Shown here: positions 54,701 to 64,000 of the stretch, piece after piece
Position numbering within the stretch: the first letter of the stretch is position 1
How the letters are laid out: each line of letters begins with the position of its first letter
Assembly (NCBI GenBank): GCA_951406725.2
Contig: OX597815.1
Span: forward strand, 137,020,001-137,084,000
DNA length: 64,000 bases
Reading direction: 5' to 3'
Origin: Octopus vulgaris
Taxonomy: Eukaryota
The notes under the pieces: generated by a model
What the model was told of the DNA's origin: nothing
Database searches by the model: none
Seen by the model: the letters and a program-made list of their open reading frames with translations, nothing else
Position numbers and translations under genes: made by a program

Positions 54701-56823
54701 TGCCTGGGGCAAAGTATCTCTAATGTTTATTTCACCTCACCTGTGTGTAATATAATAAAGTAAATCTCAATTGTATTTCTTGGGATCATTCTATTTTCTG
54801 TTGTTTGCATTTAAATGTTTGTTGGACTTTATTTGATTTGTCCTACATGCTCACCCATTTCTCATTTAAAAACTTGTTTTATTTTATCTGAAGTGAAAAT
54901 ACTGTATGTAATAATCGTATGTACTATATTAAGTATCTGATGTGCATTAGTGAGGTCTTTAAGAAATCACTTTCTACTGTTTTATTTTTATTATTATTTA
55001 TTCATTCACTTTTATCAACTTTGGTTTGGTCGCTAATAATATTATCGATGGAAAATACCTATATCAATTTCCTGCAGCTAACTCTCTCGTTTATTAATTC
55101 ATATTATATTAAATATAAATAGCAATTTTGTCATATCTTCGTGCATATTCTAACGCAACTTGAGTGGAGCATCCACCTTGTACTCGTATGTAGCTGAAGG
55201 TCTTATCAAAACTTACATACAACATTGAGTGGGGTCGCACTGATCCTGAACCACAAATGTCAGCCCTTCAGCAGTGACCCATGTAGTTCTATGTAGCTCT
55301 GTGTTAACTGCACTTAGGTTTATTTAATTCTTTGGGGGAATTGTCACTGGTAGAATGAAAGTTCCCTGATGATGTTCAATTCCTCGATTGCTCTCTAATT
55401 TAACTGTAACTCTGATGAATTTATTCATTCTACAATATATTCGTAATTATATGCTTGTGTCTATAATTTTTTGACGAATCTGTGTGTCGGGTAACTTGTT
55501 CAACAACATATCTCTATATTTTATTGTATATCGCATGAAACATTTCGTTTGGAAAGCGTTTAATAATTTCTTGTGGTGAACTGTCCTTTGTTTATTCGAA
55601 TAAAGTGTTTAATTCAGTTACTCTAGTTTTTTAAACCATATCAGATTTGTTTCCTCATTCTTCTAAGGCATATACCTGTGACGCGTTGTCAACTTTAACA
55701 GTCTGTAGTTCAAATTTTGCCAAAAGTCGTCTTGATTTTCTGTCGATTTATTTTATTCTGATGACTTATTTTATTAAATTTCATATTTTTGCCTACCCCG
55801 GCCTTTCGTTTTATTTATTCTTTCGATTGTTTTTACAGTCAGTGTGACTACGTAACTTGCAGCCGGAACATCCAGTGTCCTGACTCAGTACATTATATTT
55901 TACGGGTTATACCTGGATATATGCAAACTATATGGGATGGTCACGACTAAAATATCTTTCATCATAAGTCAGTTCGAATAGGGTTAATTTTGTGTTAGTC
56001 GACATTAGTAGTAACTATATATTAGGATTCAGTAGTAAATCGTTTTCTAATTAATTACCTTATGTTCATATTTTTGATATATTTCTGCTTATTCCGCTGA
56101 CGTTGGCTTTACCTTTCATCCTTTTGGGGTCGATAAAATAAGTCAATGTAACTGACTTATTGCTATCTTCGTGCCAAAATTTGGAACCAAAATGTGTGTA
56201 TGCTGAGTTTTGCTTCTACTATTGTTGCAGCGAACTGAGAGAATTGTTAGTGCGCCAGTAGAGTTGGGATGGGATTTTTAACAACCTTTCTTCCAGCCTT
56301 ACGCTCCAACTTCAACTCTATCACTGTTGTCTTCACATTATGTTTTTTTTTCCTTTCGAGATCGATAAAACAAGTAACAGTTGAGTTCTGGGATCGATAT
56401 AATCGACTAACCCACCTCTTCCTAGATTTACTGGTCATGCGCCATAATTTAAAACCGTTATTGTTGTTTAGCCCAAAAGTTCAGTGCTTATCCAGTACAC
56501 TTATGATTAATGTTATTTCGACCTTGGTGAACTTGTGACCGTTCTCTCTATTTCTCCTTTACACATACTACATACCTAGGGTTATATTATATACAATAAC
56601 CTATATTTTTAAGTCGTTAAATGTGTTATTTATTTAAGCTCCTGTTTCTAGCGAAATAGACGATTTGATATTCTTGGTACTTACCAATTTTTCAGTGTCT
56701 ATATTCGAGTATATACATGGCCTTGGTTTCGAATATTTGCAAATATTTCTGATATAACATATTCGAGTATGTATCTGCCGTTGTGTGTACATACATACAT
56801 ACATGCATGCATACATACATACA

Positions 56824-56852
<29 letters not shown>

Positions 56853-56854
<2 letters not shown>

Positions 56855-56980
56855 GGATCTGAATAAACTGGGATCATTTTCAAAAAGAGAAATTGACCGG
56901 CTGATCCGTACATTACAAGTGCAATTTGTGAGTGGAACAGTAAGAATATGCAAGACTTTTCACAAGTTCCAAATGTAAAT
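56853..56980 (+). mobile_element. Short 3' coding fragment of the same RLE family, 5' end at (CATA)n
   Basis: Reads DLNKLG.FSKREIDRLIRTLQVQFVSGTVRICKTFHKFQM*. Confidence 0.6.
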
Positions 56981-57058
56981 TTGTTTGTGCTAACTACATC
57001 CCAATGATGGAGACTTGTACCTTTGTGGAAGATTTATAATAATTAAAAAATAGAAGAG

Positions 57059-57104
<46 letters not shown>

Positions 57105-57151
57105 TATATGTATATACACACATATATATATATGCACACACACACACACAC

Positions 57152-57182
<31 letters not shown>

Positions 57183-57437
57183 TGTATGTATGTATGTATG
57201 TATGTATGTATGAAGACTCATTATGTTTAAATTTGTACTCAATTCAAAGGCGCCGCAGTAGATCACGTCCGTCTATGCAGTAACTAGTACTTCATTATCA
57301 AATCTGCACATTCTTTAATCTAGATAGTATGGTTTGATTGTAGAATGATTTCACTGTTTTCTTCCAGCAGGTCCAACGACCCACACTCGTTGGCTCGCTT
57401 ATATGAATAAACTGTATGTATACTTGTTTTTTAAGTA

Positions 57438-57954
57438 CCGTAAATCCTCGAGTATAGTCCGTACTTGAGTATAATACGCAGGGGATTTTTAGGGGGCTGT
57501 ACCTCTGAAAAGCCTAAACCTTGTGTATAATACGCTTCCCTTCTCTAACTTGAGTCAAGGAAGTCTAAATAACGTCCTTGGTTTGTAAAACTGTATACGG
57601 TAACGTCCTTTATTATTGTATATATAACATAATGCAAACGTGTAGCTTTTTGTGCATTTTGTTCGCAGAAAATAAAGAAATAACAGTAATAACAGTTATA
57701 ACGTTTAATAAATGTTGCTTACTGCATGTTATGGATGATTCTTTTATGACTTCATTGCTTTCAAGCTTAGCTTAAGGTATTTTCGCGCCCGACATCATAA
57801 AATGCGTCTGAATAAACATCTCCGGACAGCAAATAGAGATTCGGACATTGCTTAGAAAATAATTTTCATTTTAAACCTCGTATATAGTACGCACTAGGGA
57901 TTTTGACCTTTAAATTTTGGGGAAAAGATGCGGATTATACTCGAGGATTTACGG
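57438..57954. mobile_element. Non-autonomous Tc2/pogo-like DNA transposon (MITE)
   Basis: 24-bp TIRs CCGTAAATCCTCGAGTATA(G/A)TCCG with one mismatch, and TA on both flanks (57436-57437, 57955-57956). Confidence 0.9.
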
Positions 57955-58456
57955 TAATCGCGTAAATATAAACATAATCGTTTGTATATTTTTGAGTTCC
58001 TGAGTTATATGTTTGTTTACGCAACTGTTGATATATGCATCTGTATTTCATTACTTTAGCCGAAGTCATTTTAGTTCAAGATGTTTTAAATCATTGATAT
58101 CTTGTTTCATTAAAACAACATGATAATTTATAATAAAAACTTTAGCGTTTCATCGGAGATTTTAATGATTGTACTTATTTCCTTATTAGTCTTTCATGTT
58201 TAGATTGGGACAATAGTGTTCCTGACTTCATAAGCGCTCCAGCATCTTAGTTTAATTTGTGAATGATCTGATATTAGAGCGGTATTGCTCTTGCCTTTCA
58301 AATACGGGCAGAAATGGATCGTATAAACGTTGAAGTAAATGATAAAATCATCATTTCCGGTTTCAAATTCTTTAACTCTTTCCATACAATAATCTTCAAT
58401 GTGACGTTGTCGATGGTATTCTTGTTACTTGTTACTATCATTGCTGCTACTTCTGT

Positions 58457-58495
<39 letters not shown>

Positions 58496-59396
58496 AGTTG
58501 TTACTATTTTTGGTATTATTGTTGTTTAGTCCCGCTCAGCCTTCATCCGGAATTTATTTTTACGTGCAAGAAACTTAAGACCATATCCAACATCATTTTT
58601 ACTAAGGTGGAGAGGATGCGATTTGACTGCAAATTTTAGAAAATCGAGCAACCACTTAGAGGCTTCCTTCGGCAACAATTTACCAGTTGTTCTAATGTAT
58701 GACGGAAAAAAAAAAGATTCATATGGTGACTGCAAGCTGAAATTAGTTATGTTTCTGTGTTTAATATCGTTGTGGTTTCAAAGGCAACGAGCTAGCAGAA
58801 TTGTCAGCACGCCGGGCGAAATGTTAAGTGGCTTTCTTCCTGGTTTTACATTCTGACTTCAAATTCCACGAAGGTCGACTTTGCCTTTCATCCTTTCGGA
58901 GTCGATAAATTAAGTACCAATGAAACACTGGGTTCGATGTAATCCACCGAAATTTTAGGCCTTCTGCTTTTAATAGAAAGGTGTATCGTTGCGGTTTCAA
59001 TATCGTATAGCCAAAAGTGGACAAATCCAGCTGCTTTCTGTTCGCATGAAATCATTTCATTCTGATAACGGACAGTAAAACAGATATAACTTCGTATTAA
59101 AATGAAATAAGACAAAACACCGACGATACTGTTACCGTCATTTATCAAAGACTAACAAAACAACATTGTTTCTTTAAAACACACACACAAGCATATTTAT
59201 ACATATCTACATGAATATACATGTATATAAATATAAATATAAATATAAATACATATTACGGAGATGTACTCGCATAGCAAGTAATTTGATCTGAGATCGT
59301 GTGCTGAAACGAAAATAATTGCAGCGTGGAAGGTGTTTATAAGCCATTTAAGAAACACACAAAAGCCGTTCGATTCACTTCAACATTTAAGTTTAA

Positions 59397-59446
59397 TTTG
59401 TCAAAATATTTCCGTCGCTAAAATCCGCGACCTGTTCACTGACAAA
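59397..59446 (-). ncRNA. Hammerhead-like motif with G3-C8 core (GUGAACA); GAAA reads GGAA
   Basis: Reads TTTGTCA GTGAACA G GTCGC-GGATTTTA-GCGAC GGAA ATAT TT TGACAAA. Confidence 0.55.
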
Positions 59447-59466
59447 AATGAGATGCAGCACGGATT

Positions 59467-59516
59467 TTTGTCATTGAACAGGTCGCGGATTTTAGCGACG
59501 AAAATATTTTGACAAA
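59467..59516 (+). ncRNA. Mirror copy of the hammerhead-like motif; GAAA intact, position 3 reads U
   Basis: Reads TTTGTCA TTGAACA G GTCGC-GGATTTTA-GCGAC GAAA ATAT TT TGACAAA. Confidence 0.55.
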
Positions 59517-59865
59517 TTAAACTTAAATGTTGAAGTGAATCGAACGGCTTTTGTGTGTTTCTTAAATGGCTTATAAACACCTTCCACGCTGCAATTGTTG
59601 TATAAATACATAAATATACACGTATGTTTATGTGTGTGTATGTGCGTATGCGGTAGTGTTTGTGTGCGTTTGTATGTTAGAATAAGTTTATTATTTTAAA
59701 GCCAGTCTCGGGCTTAACAACAGAATATTTACTGGTGGGATGATTTAATATTGAGAGCAGTGTCAACTTGACTTTACAATGCATGCACATGCATATAATT
59801 TATAAATAATATATTTAATATATATTATATACACACACAAATACACGCACGCACACACCCACATG

Positions 59866-59948
<83 letters not shown>

Positions 59949-60589
59949 ACGATGAACAGTGCGCCCTATGGCTATTTTGACGAACTCATCTTCACAGTAA
60001 TAAACAAGAAATAAGTTCGAATGCATAATATTCGAAACGCAATTAATAGACAGAGTACCATAATATTTATCATTCTTAATCTCCTTTAATAAAATTTGAA
60101 TACATTTTTGTAGGTTTATCCGTAATAAATATACTTTTTTATCTTAATGAAGAAATGCCAACATATTATATGATGAAACAACGTATATAATTTATCCTTT
60201 AACAAAAAAAAAAAGGTTCTTGCGAACGAAAGATGCTTTAAAATGTACACGTAAAGGAATAAAAGGGTGGGGGAAGCGAAATACAGACGAAAATAATTTG
60301 AAAATATTGTATAAAGAAGTACATGCAAATATAAATAACTATATGAACACATGGGGAGATACACATACACAACAATATACACACAAACACACACACAAGC
60401 ACACACACATACATGCATGCATGCACAGGTCTGTGAGTGATGCTATGCATGTGTGCGTACAGCTACATGTGTGTGCATGTGTATATTTGTATATACATAT
60501 ATATAAATGCATACATGTGTGTGTATAAGTGTATGTATATATATATATATATAAATCCTTAAATCCTTAAAAATGTTTTAGCCCGAAGG

Positions 60590-60614
60590 TATGTATATAT
60601 ATATATATATATTC

Positions 60615-60646
<32 letters not shown>

Positions 60647-60725
60647 GTGTGTATGTATGTATATACATATGTATGAATATATATATATGTATGAATATAT
60701 ATATGTATTTATGTATATACATATG

Positions 60726-60771
<46 letters not shown>

Positions 60772-61570
60772 CATATGTATATATGTATATATGTATGTAT
60801 GTATATATATGTATATACATATGTATATATGTATATACATATGTATATATGTATATATGTATATATGTATGTATGTGTATATATGTATGTGTATATATAT
60901 ATATGTATATATTTATATGTATTTATGTATATATATGTATATATATTATGCAGATATTTAAACGTATGTGTGTACATATAGATTTGAGTGTATACATATA
61001 TATAACCACATAAACAATACTCCCACAGGTCTCACGTAGACACACACTCATACGCATATAAATATATATACACACATGTGTGCATGCATATATACACACA
61101 TGCATATGTGCAATTCATGCATGCATACATACACACAAGCATACATACAAACATACATAGACACATACATGCATACATACATACAAACATACATGCATAT
61201 AGGCATACATACGCACGTACATACATACATACATACATACAAACATGCAGGCATGCATACATACATACACACAAGCATACATACAAACATACATAGAAAC
61301 ATACATGCATACAGGCATACATACATACATACATACATACATACATACATACATACATACATACATGCATGCATACATACATACATACATACATACATAC
61401 ATGCATACATGCATACATACATACATACATACATACATACATACATACATACATACATACATACATACATGCATGCATGCATACATACATACATACATAC
61501 ATACATACATACATACATACATACATACATACATACATACATACATACATACACACATACATACATACAT
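60590..61570. repeat. Degenerate (TA/TATG)n and (CATA)n low-complexity block
   Basis: Directly visible. It is the source of many spurious YI/MYVC ORFs. Confidence 0.9.
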
Positions 61571-61832
61571 ATTATTAGTCTTTTTGAAGTGTGATCAATC
61601 GCGAGACGTATATTTTATCGTTCAGAAATTATTTCAAATATCAACAAGATAAACTCATCTCCGAAAGCAAAAATAAAAAGAAACACATCAAGCTTTATAA
61701 CAACAGTGGGTAAAAATGTAAGAATTAAAAAAAAAAAAAAAAGTTTGATATGGAAATGTCTAGGCAGAAAAAAATACGTGTGATTTCTTCATTGCGGTTT
61801 CTTGTTTTATATATTTATATGTTTATAGGCGT

Positions 61833-61941
<109 letters not shown>

Positions 61942-62148
61942 GTGTGTATGTGTGCGTGTTCGTGTGTTTCTTTGTATATTTCAGAAAAATTATAAACACA
62001 CGTAAATAATATGAATAAAGCAGTAAGGTAGATAGATAGCTACATACATATGAATATACATACGCACATACATACATACCCACCTACATATATTTTCATA
62101 TATATCTATCTGTTCGTATGCATATGTGGACATATATATGTGTAGGTT

Positions 62149-62196
<48 letters not shown>

Positions 62197-62626
62197 GATG
62201 TGTGTATGTATATATATGTGAACATCCTGTGTGAGGGGTGTGCATGTGGGTGTGAGTTTAGGTATGCCTATACTATAGATTCATGCATATAGACATGTTA
62301 ACAGCACACATATATTTCTAAGTATATGTAATTCATATTAATAGAATTTATATATTTAAAAAAAATTAACTAAATTTATCAAAAAGAAATTTTTTATTCT
62401 ACAATCATTTTTTGAGCAGTCATTCTAGTCGATCGTTACTATATACACGCATACATATGTATATATACATGTTCATGCAAATGAATATATGTATGTAAGC
62501 GTGTATATCTTTATCAAGATAAAAATATTGAGAGTGACTAACTGATTGAAACACATATATTTATTAAAAATGTATGTATGCATATTTGTATATGCGTGTG
62601 TTAATATATATACATATAATATATAT

Positions 62627-62660
<34 letters not shown>

Positions 62661-62690
62661 AAGATATTGTACACACACATATACACACAC

Positions 62691-62766
<76 letters not shown>

Positions 62767-63046
62767 GTATGTATATATGGTTCAAATATGCTGAAAACAA
62801 GACAGAAACAGATGAGGGAACAACATGTGGGCATGTATTTATGTATGTATGTATGTATGCATGCATGGATGGATGGATGGATGGATGGATATATGTATTA
62901 ATGTCTTTCCATTTTACCCGAGCGTCAAAATAATATTTTTTTTATTCTTTTATTCTTCGACGTGTTTCAGTCATTTGACTGCGGCCATGCTAGAACGCCG
63001 CCTTGGTTTTAAGTCGAACAAATCCATTTATTTTTTAAAGCCTAGT

Positions 63047-63188
63047 CATCATCATCATTGTTCGACCGTGGTCGAGACAATGGAATTTACCATGTTGCGC
63101 CAGACTTCACGGTCCATCATAGCATTACGGAGGTCCTGTTGCTGGATGCCTGTATCCCTGGAGATTACATCAGGGTAGGAGAGTGTGC
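63047..63188 (-). mobile_element. 5'-truncated RTE-like LINE end with (GAT)n tail and 7-bp TSD, inserted in a family B SINE
   Basis: Reads TLSYPDVISRDTGIQQQDLRNAMMDREVWRNMVNSI. The TSD GCCTAGT is at 63040-63046 and 63189-63195. Confidence 0.8.
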
Positions 63189-63214
63189 GCCTAGTACTTA
63201 TTCTATCTTACCTA

Positions 63215-63995
63215 TCTTGGAAGACCGTCGCAGGACAATTGCCTAACTAGTGTGTCCTGAAGCTCCTGCCAACGATTTTTGAGCGAGGAATTGCGAGTGA
63301 AAAGGGTTGGAGTAAAATTTGTTCCTCGCTTGCTCACGGAAGATCCAAGACAGTCACGACAGGATGCGTGTCGTGAATTAAAAGAACAGTTGATCTGGAC
63401 TGTTTTTCGAAAGTCATCACCGGTTTCGAAAACTGGTGCTACGGCTATAACCCGGAAACGAAGTATCAATCAAGTCAATGGAAGCTTTCGACGTCACCAA
63501 ACCCCAAAATAGCGCGCCAGGAGAAGTTCAATGTTAAGACGATACTGATTTGTTTCATCGATGCGAAAGGAATTGTCCATAAAGAATTTGTTCCTTGTGA
63601 TCAAACTGTTAACCAGATATTTTACTTGGCAGTTCTGAAAGTTTTGCGAGACGTGGTGAGACGAAACGCCCGACTTTTGCTAAAGTGGAGAGTGGTGGAT
63701 TCATCACGACAATGCGCCTGCGCACACCGCCTAGCGTTTGAGACAGTTTTTGACCAAAAATGGTGTGACCCCGCATTCCCACCCGCACGATCTTGCTCCC
63801 TGCGACATTATTTTTTGTTCCACCGAATGAAAAAAAGATTTTGGTAATATAGAAGAGGCGAAGGAAAAAACGCCAGAGGCGTTAACAGGCATCAATCCGC
63901 AAGAATTCCGTGACTGCTTCAAATAGTGGAAACCGCGTCTGGACCGATGCATGGCTTCAAATGGAGAATACTTTGAAGGCAATAAAAGTATGAAC
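63215..63995 (+). mobile_element. Mariner transposase pseudogene fragment
   Basis: Reads KFVPRLLTED, VITGFENWCYGYNPETK, VKTILICFIDAKGIVHKEFVP.DQTVNQ, IHHDNAPAH and WKPRLDRCMASNGEYFEG, with frameshifts. Confidence 0.88.
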
Positions 63996-64000
63996 ATATA

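Larger units (their letters stand above)
59317..59596. repeat. Long inverted repeat: 133-bp arms (59317-59449, 59464-59596), 14-bp spacer, 2 mismatches
   Basis: Arm-to-arm comparison shows mismatches only at 59412/59501 and 59439/59474. Confidence 0.95.

Noticed and set aside
53400-55850. Possible ancient LINE RT remnant on the minus strand (also 20300-21200)
   Set aside because: Only faint motif-like fragments are visible and I could not assemble ordered RT motifs by eye. A translated HMM search is needed.

Overview
AT-rich, microsatellite-saturated eukaryotic DNA. The SINE, LINE and simple-repeat repertoire resembles an octopus/cephalopod genome, but that is an inference. I could not identify any host protein-coding exon, rRNA, tRNA gene or CRISPR array, and most ORFs in the track are translations of microsatellites. 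The recognisable content is almost all mobile DNA. It includes a near-full-length Tx1/L1-clade LINE sitting inside a (GATA)n array (34.4-39.2 kb), an internally deleted CR1/L2-group LINE with a CCCH-like finger in ORF1 (15.5-18.0 kb), and a decayed Ty3/Gypsy element with an intact 3' LTR and PPT nested in a mariner (29.3-34.05 kb). It also contains further mariner/Tc1 relics, a Tc2-like MITE, fragments of two RLE-type LINE families, an RTE 3' end, several SINE families and Penelope-like (PLE) remnants. Two things stand out. First, at least seven minimal type I hammerhead-ribozyme-like motifs of the PLE kind are present, including one intact copy (1642-1704) and a palindromic pair whose consensus has a swapped G3-C8 core (59.3-59.6 kb). 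Second, different retroelement families appear to partition the microsatellites, each associating with its own repeat class (GATA, TA, TAA, CATA).
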